A stretch of 23,105 nucleotides of DNA from assembly GCA_037381445.1 (NCBI GenBank), contig JARRQT010000047.1, forward strand, positions 1-23,105, given 5' to 3'. The notes under the pieces were generated by a model. It was given only the letters and a program-made list of their open reading frames with translations, made no database searches and had not been told where the DNA came from. The number at the start of each line of letters is the position of its first letter. The first letter of the stretch is position 1. Both the position numbers and the translations under genes were made by a program. Source of the stretch: Calditrichia bacterium. GTDB lineage: Bacteria; Calditrichota; Calditrichia; RBG-13-44-9. Shown here in pieces: positions 1 to 8,165 of this stretch.

Positions 1-20
1 TTATTTTTTATGAAATACAA

Positions 21-55
21 GAACTGAGCTTGATGAGGAAACTGGCTCGCAGTTC
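21..55 (-). terminator. Possible hairpin/intrinsic terminator after the PL9 gene
   Basis: Imperfect inverted repeat GAACTGAGC...GCTCGCAGTTC just downstream of the PL9 stop. The minus-strand tail is only weakly U-rich (TTGTATTT). Confidence 0.3.
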
Positions 56-63
56 GTTAACGC

Positions 64-1608
64 CTATTTAATCAACAGCATCTTCCGTGCGCTGACTTTT
101 CCACTGGCCAGTTCCAGGCGGTAGAAATAAACCCCGCCGGGCGCCGGCAGCCCCCTGGCGTCCGTGCCACTCCAGGTGACCGAGTGCTGTCCCGCTCCCT
201 GTTTTTCGCCGTTAACCAGCGTGACCACTCGTTGTCCCAGGGAGTTGAAAACGGCCAGGCTCACTCTTTCCGGCCTTTCCAGGGAATAGGCAATTTGGGT
301 AGCGGGATTAAAGGGATTAGGATAGTTCTGGAACAGTTGGAAACCGGTGACAGCGGCAATTTCCTTCCGGATAGCCGTCACAAAATCGCTCTCGAAAGCG
401 CCCAGGTCAGGTGCAGCCCCATAGTAGGGATAACCCAGGTCCGTCCCGGCATTGATCAAATCGCTGCCCTGTGCCAGGTGCAGAAAGCTGATATTTGGCA
501 GACTGCCGTCCGCCTGCCGCGGCGCGGAGGCGGAATCGCTGTTCAAGCTCAGGAAATCATCATCCGCTACCTCGAAAGGGGGAAGCCAGCTATTGGTCTC
601 CTGCACCGCAAAACTGCCCAACTGCACCGCACCGGCATATGAAACACAGTTTTTAATCGTCAGTGCCTGGTCGGGATTCAGCGGACGCTGAATGCGGTAA
701 TTAGCGGTCAGGTTGTGGTAGCCGGTGCAATTGTACAGCGTCATCGATCCCACATTATTATTCTGATCGAATCCCTTGGCTTTGTTGTCGAAGGCCACGC
801 AATTTATGAGGGTGAAGTGGTGCATCAGCAGATCGGCGTTGCTGTTATCGCCGCCGCCCATCTTGAAGCCGTTTCCGTTGGCCTGTGAGCCGGGGTCGGT
901 GCCATCTTTCAGGTAGCCGTTCCCCCAGGTCCAGCAATTTTCCAGCGTTGTGCTCACATCATCGGCCCCGCGCAGATAGCCGTCCCAGCCGTCGTCGCAG
1001 TTATTCCAGGAGCGGCACCCGTAGAAGTAGTTGCCGGTCCCCACTGTCAGCTTGGGTGCGAACCCGTCCGCGTCGCCATAATCGGGCGGGTCCGCATTAT
1101 AATAGGAGTCGCAGTTGATGATTCTGTTATTGGCCGAGCCGTTGCTTAGCTGCATACCGCTGTCCCGGTTCTCATAAAACTGACACCGTTCGATAATGTT
1201 ATTGGAACCGAAATTAATCTCCATGCCGTTATCGCCGGCACCCTTTACCTGCAGGCCGATGATATGCCAGTAATTTGAGCGCAGGCTGATGCCTTTGTCC
1301 CCCTGTGCCTGGGCGGAAAAGTCAAGAAGTGGTTCTTCATCCTGGTATGCGGTCAACGTGCAGGGCTGGTCAGGCAAACCGCTCTGCACCACAGTGACGG
1401 TGATGGTGTTTGTGAGGGCATATAACCCGCCGCGGACATAAATGGTATCCCCGGGGCTGATCATGGAAATGGCTTTGGTGAAAGTGCCGTATGGCTGCTC
1501 AATCGTTCCCGGATTCGCATCGTCACCATCGGTAGCGACATATATCTGGGCATAATGAACATTAACAAAAAACAAGAGACACAAGGCTGAAAAAAATAGT
1601 TTCTGCAT
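64..1608 (-). CDS. Secreted polysaccharide lyase family 9 (Pel9A/PelL-like pectate lyase) with C-terminal T9SS sorting / FlgD-Ig-like domain
   Basis: Signal peptide (MQKLFFSALCLLFFVNVHYA). PL9 beta-helix motifs YVATDGDDANPGT, GDNG, DADGFAPK, NCDDGWD and NGNGFKMGG (catalytic Lys). C-terminus reads LFQNYPNPFNP...GVYFYRL...KMLLIK. Confidence 0.9.
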   Translation of the reverse strand: MQKLFFSALCLLFFVNVHYAQIYVATDGDDANPGTIEQPYGTFTKAISMISPGDTIYVRGGLYALTNTITVTVVQSGLPDQPCTLTAYQDEEPLLDFSAQAQGDKGISLRSNYWHIIGLQVKGAGDNGMEINFGSNNIIERCQFYENRDSGMQLSNGSANNRIINCDSYYNADPPDYGDADGFAPKLTVGTGNYFYGCRSWNNCDDGWDGYLRGADDVSTTLENCWTWGNGYLKDGTDPGSQANGNGFKMGGGDNSNADLLMHHFTLINCVAFDNKAKGFDQNNNVGSMTLYNCTGYHNLTANYRIQRPLNPDQALTIKNCVSYAGAVQLGSFAVQETNSWLPPFEVADDDFLSLNSDSASAPRQADGSLPNISFLHLAQGSDLINAGTDLGYPYYGAAPDLGAFESDFVTAIRKEIAAVTGFQLFQNYPNPFNPATQIAYSLERPERVSLAVFNSLGQRVVTLVNGEKQGAGQHSVTWSGTDARGLPAPGGVYFYRLELASGKVSARKMLLIK

Positions 1609-1644
1609 ATTCTAGAGATCCGTCCGTTGCTATAAATCATGATT

Positions 1645-1677
1645 AAAAAGCCGGCCGCCCGAAAAGCGGCTGGCTTT
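1645..1677 (-). terminator. Intrinsic terminator-like hairpin between the large repeat-protein gene and PL9
   Basis: Minus strand reads AAAGCCAGCCGC-TTTTCGG-GCGGCCGGCTTTTT: a GC-rich stem with one mismatch followed by a T run. Confidence 0.65.
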
Positions 1678-1700
1678 CTGAATTTACTTTAAAAATTCCT

Positions 1701-1847
1701 TTACTTCATCAAAATAAGTTTTCGCACCGATACATAGTCCCCGGCATGTATCCGGTAATAGTAAACGCCGCTGGCGTAGCCGGTGGCGTTCCAGACCACC
1801 TCGTAAGCGCCGGCACCCACCCGGGCGTTTACCAGTTCAGCCACTTC
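1701..1847 (-). pseudogene. Out-of-frame 3' half of the T9SS sorting domain of the 1829..4861 gene
   Basis: Translates to EVAELVNARVGAGAYEVVWNATGYASGVYYYRIHAGDYVSVRKLILMK* (48 aa). This matches the ends of the sorting domains of the 64..1608 and 4974..6542 proteins. It has no start codon of its own and overlaps the end of the 1829..4861 ORF in another frame. Confidence 0.9.
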
Positions 1848-4800
1848 GGGTAGAGTGCGAATTTCTTGGGAAGCACGTTTGACTGTTCCACAATACCTAC
1901 CGGAATCAGCAGACTGCCGCCTTCATAGGAGATGGACCCGGTCTCTCCCAGGGTGAAGGGGATGGTATTGTCGAACACACCCGATACCAGCCTGAGCACG
2001 CCGTTTATCTCGGTTTCCTGCGAAAGCGTTACCCCTTCGGCGTTATCAATGGTCAGACCGTTCACCGTGTCAGGCAGCATGAAGCCGGTCACCTGCGCGG
2101 CGGTCCCGTTGAAAATGAAGCTTCCTTCTTTGCTCAGGGAGATATCTCCGGTGGACTGCAGAGTAGAATCGATGCCGCCGGTGTTTGCCGTCGCCAGGGC
2201 TGCGCCTGCATCCAGCATAAACAGACCGTTGCCGCCCAGTTGGCTTTCCCCAAAATCCAGGATGGCGCCGCCGGCCACCTCGATGGGCAGGCCGCCGCCG
2301 CCATAGGTAACATCGCTGAGTTCGATGGTTTGCGTGGTGTCCTTATCAAACACGAACCAGGCATTGGTGGGATTAGAGTTTCGGGTCTCGGCATTGGATA
2401 TTGAAAAATTGCCTTCGTGCATATACCAGCGGGTGGAACCCGAACCGTCGCCCTGGGAACCCCTTGAAACCGAGAAAGTGCCGCCGGTGACAACAACATT
2501 GCCGTAGTGATGCACTTCAAACACGGTGAGCGCATTGCCGGTGCCCTGGGTTTCGAAAGAGCCGTCTTCCACGATGACATCGCCCATGATGGTAACGATG
2601 GCCGTATCGCCAGCCGAGGCCGAGGTCAGGCGCCAGCGCGAACCGCCGGTGTTCACGACCGTGATATCTCCGCCGATGGTGACATCATCTAGTCCCAGGT
2701 CGCGGTTTGAGAGCAGGCCCGGGGTATTGATGGTGATATTGTAGTAGTCCTGGTTCCTGTTGCCGGGCGCGGCATCAACAATGCCGGTCAGCAGCAGGGT
2801 AGAGCCCTCGTTCCAGACGCCGTTGGGAATGCTTCCCTCATTGCGCGCATGCTCGTACACCGAACCGTTTTCGAAGACCAGCGAGCCGGCGGCTTCCAGC
2901 ACGCCCTTGTTGACGATGCTGCCGGCCACCGCGCCGGTGTCAGCGGTCACGTCTCCCAGGCTGTCGATGGGCATCAGGGCGTCTGCAGTAAGTCTGAGAT
3001 CGCGGCAAACCAGCGTGTCACTGAAGGAAACCCCTGCGGGGTTTTCAACGGACAATACGCCGAGGGTATCGGGCAGCAGGACACCCGGCACCTGGGGTTC
3101 GGTCCCGTTGAAGGTGAAATTTGCCTCCGGACTGAAGGTGATGGTCCCGGTGGTTTGCAGGGTGCTGTCCAGGCCGCCGGGCAGGGATGTGGCAAGGGTG
3201 GCCCCGGCGGAGAGCACGAAATTACCATTCCCGCCTAAAATCGTGGTGTCCATGTTCAGGGTGGTGGTGCTGTCAACCTGAATGGGCAGACCGCCGCCTC
3301 CGTAATCCACATTGCTCAGCGTGATATTCTGGCTGCCGTCCTCTTTGGCGAATATAAAAGTGGCGCCCTCAGGATTGGAGTTGCGGGTGGTGGCATTGGA
3401 AATGGAAAAATCGCCTTCCAGCATATACCATTTTGTGGTGCCCGTGCCGCCCTGGCTGCCGCGGCTGATGGCGAATGTTCCGCCGGTGACATTGACATTG
3501 CCGTAATGGAGAACCTCAACTTCCGTGGCGCTTGAGGTGCCCTGGGTTTCCAGCGAGCCGTCCTCCACGATCACATCGCCCATGATGGTGACCGCCCCGG
3601 AGGAACCGCCAACCAGGCGCCAGCGGGATGAACCGGAATTGAGGAGGGTCAGGTCTCCGCCGATGGTGTGGCCGTCCAGGCTCATATCTTTATTGGATGA
3701 TAAATCCGGGGTGTTGAGAGTAAGATTGTAATAATCCTGCCCGCGGTCATCAGGCGTGTTGCTGATGATACCGGTAAATAATGCTGTGGAGCCGGTATCC
3801 CAGACAGCCATCGGAACACTTCCGCCGTCACGGGCGTGTTCGTAGACCGAACCGTCCATAAATGTGGGCGTCCCAACATCGTAAATTGTGCCTTCGTTAA
3901 TAACAAGACCGTTAAAACTCATATCCTGTGTTATTTCCATAGTGGAAGAGTCAGCGATCTTAAAATGAATATCTCCGCCGCCATATTCCACATTTTCAAA
4001 CGTGATCTGCTGAGTATCAGCCATCGCAAACACGAATTTTGCATTTCCGGCTGTCGGATTGGAATTTCGCAGTTCCGCATTTGAAACCAGCATATTTCCG
4101 CCAAATAAATTCCAGGTTGTGGTTCCGGACCCATTGCCCTGGGAGCCGCGTGATATGCCGAAGCTTCCGCCGGTCACATTGAGATTGCCGTAATGATTCA
4201 CGATGAAGGTGGTCAGCGCATTGCTGGTCCCCTGTGTTTCAAAGGAACCGTCTTCAACATTTACGTCGCCCATGATGTCTACAATCGCCGTGTCACCGCC
4301 GGAGGCCGAGGTCAGGCGCCAGCGGGAACTGCCGGTATTGAGCACCGTAATATCTCCGCCGATGGTAACATCATCCAGTCCCAGGTCGCGGTTTGAGGAC
4401 AGATTGGGGGTATTGATGGTGATATTGTAATAATTCTGGTTTCGGTTCCCCGGGGCCTGGCTAGTGGTTCCGGTCAGCAAAAAAGTCGACCCCGTTTCCC
4501 AGGTGCTGGTCGGGATGCTGCCCTCGTCACGGGCATGTTCGTAAGTGCTTCCGTCAGCGAACGTCAAAGAACCGTCGGTAACTTCGATAAGTCCGGTGTC
4601 AATGACGGTAACATATCCCGTTATGGTTACGGGCACGTCCACACGCACGGAATCCTCGCCATCCACTGTGATGGTTTCCGTTCCGGCAGGAGCAACAGTA
4701 GCCGCGACCCAGTTCGTTCCGTCGAAGATTTCCCAGGTTGAAGCTTCGCTCCAGTTTCCTGTTTCGAAAGACCGGTAATCTCCGGCCTGCTGCGCAAAGG

Positions 4801-4861
4801 CATAACCAAACATAAACATCGTAATAATTGCCCACAGAATTGTGTATCTTGCTATTTTCAT
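1829..4861 (-). CDS. Large secreted acidic Gly/Thr-rich protein with three internal repeat domains (probable beta-helix); T9SS sorting domain disrupted by frameshift
   Basis: ATG at 4861 is preceded by SD GGAGGT and gives signal peptide MKIARYTILWAIITMFMFGYAFA. Three copies of a unit YEHARxxGS.P...YYN.T.NTP.L.SN...TIGGD...SRWRL...ETQGT...HYGN...SRGSQG...RNSNP. The ORF ends abnormally in KFALYPKWLNW*. Confidence 0.85.
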   Translation of the reverse strand: MKIARYTILWAIITMFMFGYAFAQQAGDYRSFETGNWSEASTWEIFDGTNWVAATVAPAGTETITVDGEDSVRVDVPVTITGYVTVIDTGLIEVTDGSLTFADGSTYEHARDEGSIPTSTWETGSTFLLTGTTSQAPGNRNQNYYNITINTPNLSSNRDLGLDDVTIGGDITVLNTGSSRWRLTSASGGDTAIVDIMGDVNVEDGSFETQGTSNALTTFIVNHYGNLNVTGGSFGISRGSQGNGSGTTTWNLFGGNMLVSNAELRNSNPTAGNAKFVFAMADTQQITFENVEYGGGDIHFKIADSSTMEITQDMSFNGLVINEGTIYDVGTPTFMDGSVYEHARDGGSVPMAVWDTGSTALFTGIISNTPDDRGQDYYNLTLNTPDLSSNKDMSLDGHTIGGDLTLLNSGSSRWRLVGGSSGAVTIMGDVIVEDGSLETQGTSSATEVEVLHYGNVNVTGGTFAISRGSQGGTGTTKWYMLEGDFSISNATTRNSNPEGATFIFAKEDGSQNITLSNVDYGGGGLPIQVDSTTTLNMDTTILGGNGNFVLSAGATLATSLPGGLDSTLQTTGTITFSPEANFTFNGTEPQVPGVLLPDTLGVLSVENPAGVSFSDTLVCRDLRLTADALMPIDSLGDVTADTGAVAGSIVNKGVLEAAGSLVFENGSVYEHARNEGSIPNGVWNEGSTLLLTGIVDAAPGNRNQDYYNITINTPGLLSNRDLGLDDVTIGGDITVVNTGGSRWRLTSASAGDTAIVTIMGDVIVEDGSFETQGTGNALTVFEVHHYGNVVVTGGTFSVSRGSQGDGSGSTRWYMHEGNFSISNAETRNSNPTNAWFVFDKDTTQTIELSDVTYGGGGLPIEVAGGAILDFGESQLGGNGLFMLDAGAALATANTGGIDSTLQSTGDISLSKEGSFIFNGTAAQVTGFMLPDTVNGLTIDNAEGVTLSQETEINGVLRLVSGVFDNTIPFTLGETGSISYEGGSLLIPVGIVEQSNVLPKKFALYPKWLNW
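1900..4560 (-). repeat. Three tandem intragenic domain repeats (YEHAR anchors at 4543, 3844 and 2857; spacings 233 and 329 aa)
   Basis: Protein-level repeats plus shared DNA, e.g. GAGGCCGAGGTCAGGCGCCAGCG near 2616 and 4302, and AGTCCCAGGTCGCGGTTTGAG near 2691 and 4377. Outer boundaries are approximate. Confidence 0.9.
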
Positions 4862-4973
4862 AGCCTTTACCTCCATTCTATTATGGCTTGTTTAATTAAT
4901 TATACTGCCTGCTTCTCACGGGGCAGCCCGGCCACGGCAAGGTCGCAGACCAGGCTGACGCCATGGCCGAAAA

Positions 4974-6542
4974 TCATTTCATCAGTATCATTCGCTTCAT
5001 AGACACATTATTTCCGGCCTGAATACGGTAATAGTAGATACCCGAGCTCAGATTTGCTCCATTGACCTGAAGCACGTGCTCCCCGGCGTTTAAATGTCCC
5101 TTGAACAGCACAGACACTTCCTGGCCCAGCACATTGAACAGTCCGGCGGTCACAAAAGATGAAGAGGCCAGGCCGAAACGGATGGTTGTGGTGGGATTGA
5201 AGGGATTGGGATAATTCTGTTCAACAAAGAACGAACGGGGAACATTCAGCTCATCGGATTCAATCGCGACCGGAATCAGCAGACTCCCGCCCTCATTGGA
5301 AATCGATCCGTCCGGACCCAGTGTGAAGGGAATGGTATTATCGAACACGCCTGCCATGAGTCTGAGCACGCCGTTTATGGTCGTTTCCTGGGAGAGCGTC
5401 ACTCCCGCTGCATTATTGATGATCAGGTCACCCACCGTTGTCGGCATCCGGGTGCCGGTGACCTGGGCGGCGGTGCCGTTAAATCCGTAACCGGACCCGT
5501 CCTCAAGCGTCAGCTCTGCAGTTACGGCCGTAAAGATCTCATTGATGCCTCCGGGAACGGAAGTGAGCAGAGTTGACCCGGCATTTGCCACAAAAATACC
5601 GCTGCCGCCCAGCACGCTGGAACCCATATCGAGCGTAGTGCCGCTGCTGATCTCGATGGGCAGAGCATTGAGCGTATTTCCTTCACCCAGGGTGAGGGTC
5701 TGGGTGCCCTGTTTATCAAATACAAACCTGGCGCCGCCCGGCGTTGCAGTTGAACTCTGGGTAGTGGCATTGGACATGGAAAAATTTCCTTCATGCAGAT
5801 ACCATGTGGTGGTCCCGCCTCCCTGCGATCCCCGACTGACTGAGAAATTGCCGCCTGTTACCACGATATTGCCGTAGTGGTGAACGATAAATGTCGTCAG
5901 TGCGTTGCTTGTCCCCTGGACGGATAAGGCGCCGTCTTCTACAATAACATCACCCATAATAGTGACGGTGGAGGTATCATTGGCCAGCGCCGTGGTCAGG
6001 TACCAGCGCGCATAACCGGTGTTGATCACCCTGATGTCGCCTCCGATAGTGTTATTATTCAGGTTCATATTGAGGTTTGAGAGCAGATCGGGCGTATCGA
6101 AAGTGACGTTATAGTAATCCTGGTCCCGGTCGGCGGGAGCAGTTGCGGTAACCCCGGTGATCAGTAAATTAGATCCTTCGGCCCAGATGCACCTTGGAAT
6201 CGTCCCTTCATCACGGTCATGCTGGTAGGTTCCGCCGTTGGCGATGGTGATAGTAAGACTGTCCACCGCATCAACAATGCCCTGATTAATCAGCGTTCCG
6301 GTAATAGACAAAGGAGCATTTACAAATACAGAGTCTGTGCTGAGGATGGTGATAGTCTCAGCACCTGTGGGCGGGGTCAGCGTATTTCCCCATACCGAGC
6401 CATTGTAGACCTGCCAGACCTGGGCGCTGCTCCAGTCGCCGCTGCCCCGCGTCCGGTAATCCCCCGCCGATTGGGCCATGAGTGACATGGCGAGAATAAG
6501 CATAATAAGAAGCGCGAACATCAACGTACCATTTCTTTTCAT
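4974..6542 (-). CDS. Secreted single-repeat paralogue of the 1829..4861 protein with intact T9SS sorting domain
   Basis: SD AAGGAGG and signal peptide. Shared N-terminus AGDYR..G.WS...W. One copy of the unit (YQHDRDEGTIP, ARWYL, SVQGTSNALTTF, HYGN, SRGSQG). Shared tail GVFDNTIPFTLG..GSIS.EGGSLLIPV, then EQNYPNPFNP...SGIYYYRI...KRMILMK. Confidence 0.85.
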   Translation of the reverse strand: MKRNGTLMFALLIMLILAMSLMAQSAGDYRTRGSGDWSSAQVWQVYNGSVWGNTLTPPTGAETITILSTDSVFVNAPLSITGTLINQGIVDAVDSLTITIANGGTYQHDRDEGTIPRCIWAEGSNLLITGVTATAPADRDQDYYNVTFDTPDLLSNLNMNLNNNTIGGDIRVINTGYARWYLTTALANDTSTVTIMGDVIVEDGALSVQGTSNALTTFIVHHYGNIVVTGGNFSVSRGSQGGGTTTWYLHEGNFSMSNATTQSSTATPGGARFVFDKQGTQTLTLGEGNTLNALPIEISSGTTLDMGSSVLGGSGIFVANAGSTLLTSVPGGINEIFTAVTAELTLEDGSGYGFNGTAAQVTGTRMPTTVGDLIINNAAGVTLSQETTINGVLRLMAGVFDNTIPFTLGPDGSISNEGGSLLIPVAIESDELNVPRSFFVEQNYPNPFNPTTTIRFGLASSSFVTAGLFNVLGQEVSVLFKGHLNAGEHVLQVNGANLSSGIYYYRIQAGNNVSMKRMILMK

Positions 6543-6680
6543 AGCGTTCCTCCTTAGTGAATTAAATGATATTAAAGATTATTTAATTATTTAATTAAAT
6601 CTTAGCGTCGCAGGAAAAGCACTCAGTTAGATCGTGCACAGGTTCAACTGTAAGTCGGACAATTTTTTTGCCTCGTGTTT

Positions 6681-8165
6681 TTACCAGATCCGTGGTATTG
6701 CATAGGACAGATCAGCGATAATTGCGTAACGCCGTTCGCTGTTCTTGCTGATCTCGCTTGACCATACATCCTGATATTTCATCAGGGAATTTTCATAAGC
6801 CACATTCAGACGCAGGCCAGAGTAAAATATTCCGAATCCCGTGGAATAAACGGTATACTTCACCGGATCCCCTTCAATTTTGTTTCCTTCCGACTGAAAA
6901 ACCTCCGCTTGCCCTCTCATGCCTCCGCGAAGTGCCAGCCAGGAGGTAACCCGGAACTCCACGCCGACCCGAAAGAGCGAGGCCGACAGCCAGGGGGATG
7001 TTTCGGTGCCATCCGGAGCGACATAGCGGACGGAATTGTAGGGGCGAAAATCATACTCAAGCCCCACCAGCAGATTTTCTTTTGGTGTCAGCGAAATACC
7101 GACCGTTCCGCGCCAGGGAAGTCTCAGTTTATCCTCACCGGAAATCGCGGAAAGGGAAGGGCTGCCGGTCGTGTCAGTCGCGACCTGCATGGAAAACGTC
7201 CGGTTGATTGTGGTGGGCGGTTTCACGGCAAATCCGATGCTGACATAGCGCCCGGAGAGGATGCTGCTGAGCGTGAATTCCTGACCAGTGAAATCCGAAG
7301 TGCCGGTTTTGCTGATTCTGCTGTAGACCGAATCGATTCGGAACGCATTGGAAAAGAAAGTCAGGTTACCCCGTCCCACGGACTGTTCATAATCATCGCT
7401 GTTTCCCCGCAGAAGCATGGCGCTGAATCCGAATGACACATGATATTTCTCCACATTTCCCGCCAGTGAAAATCCGTACCCGTTGATGTATCCTTCGCGG
7501 GAACGAACGGATTGCAGCCATTCGACGGAGAGGGGATTGTCATCCGTCGGGCGGAGTGTGGGAAGGGGGCGCTGAGATAAAATTCCAGGCGAAAGCACAT
7601 TATTATTCTGGTAATAGTTGTCCAGATTAGCATAACGAACCGCGCCGACCCCCGCAGCCAGTTTGATGCTCCCCAGCGATATGGGCACAGCCAGCATTGC
7701 TTCCAGCGGCCGGTTATCACTGCCGGATCGGGACCAGTTGGGGCCGATATTGTCGTACGGTCTTTGCACGGTATCCTGGGCCGTGAAGCCAAAAAGGGAG
7801 CTGTCCGGATTTGGGATATTCCCGGTCCGTCCCTCCAGAAGGAGGCTCAAATTGGGATAGTATCTCACTGGGGCATAATTCTGTTCCTGGTTCAGATCGT
7901 TTGCAAAATGCAGGCCGCCGATTGATATCTGCAGCGACCCGATGGATGGCAGGGTGGCGGGATTCTGGAACATCAGCCCGATATCGTTTTTTACGCCGAT
8001 TGAAATTCCGCCTGCAGCCCTCGACCCGGCGGATTGCAGCGTCATGTTTTCAACTCCCTGGAAGGTCAGTTCTTCACCATATCCCTGAGCAAAAAGGGCT
8101 TGGGAGAAAGTAGCCGGAACAACAAAAAATATCAATACTCTCACTGCAAATTTTAATTTTTTCAT
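6681..8165 (-). CDS. Outer-membrane beta-barrel protein, FadL/PorV-like fold (putative)
   Basis: Signal peptide. N-terminal SAGSRAAGG...LMFQNPATL resembles the FadL/PorV hatch motif. Alternating amphipathic strands (FRVGVEFRVTSWLALRGG, LRLNVAYE). Its ATG overlaps the upstream stop (ATGA, 8162-8165). Confidence 0.7.
   Translation of the reverse strand: MKKLKFAVRVLIFFVVPATFSQALFAQGYGEELTFQGVENMTLQSAGSRAAGGISIGVKNDIGLMFQNPATLPSIGSLQISIGGLHFANDLNQEQNYAPVRYYPNLSLLLEGRTGNIPNPDSSLFGFTAQDTVQRPYDNIGPNWSRSGSDNRPLEAMLAVPISLGSIKLAAGVGAVRYANLDNYYQNNNVLSPGILSQRPLPTLRPTDDNPLSVEWLQSVRSREGYINGYGFSLAGNVEKYHVSFGFSAMLLRGNSDDYEQSVGRGNLTFFSNAFRIDSVYSRISKTGTSDFTGQEFTLSSILSGRYVSIGFAVKPPTTINRTFSMQVATDTTGSPSLSAISGEDKLRLPWRGTVGISLTPKENLLVGLEYDFRPYNSVRYVAPDGTETSPWLSASLFRVGVEFRVTSWLALRGGMRGQAEVFQSEGNKIEGDPVKYTVYSTGFGIFYSGLRLNVAYENSLMKYQDVWSSEISKNSERRYAIIADLSYAIPRIW

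Noticed and set aside
29..44. TGATGAG-GAAAC resembling a hammerhead ribozyme core
   Set aside because: There is no stem II between the two core segments and the CUGA is not intact (TTGA). A simple hairpin explains the region.
1840..1856. Programmed ribosomal frameshift restoring the sorting domain
   Set aside because: There is no slippery heptamer, and about 32 conserved residues are physically absent, so a frameshift would not rebuild the domain.
4862..4876. Track start MEVKA for the large repeat protein
   Set aside because: These codons contain the SD (GGAGGT) for the ATG at 4861, which gives a normal signal peptide.
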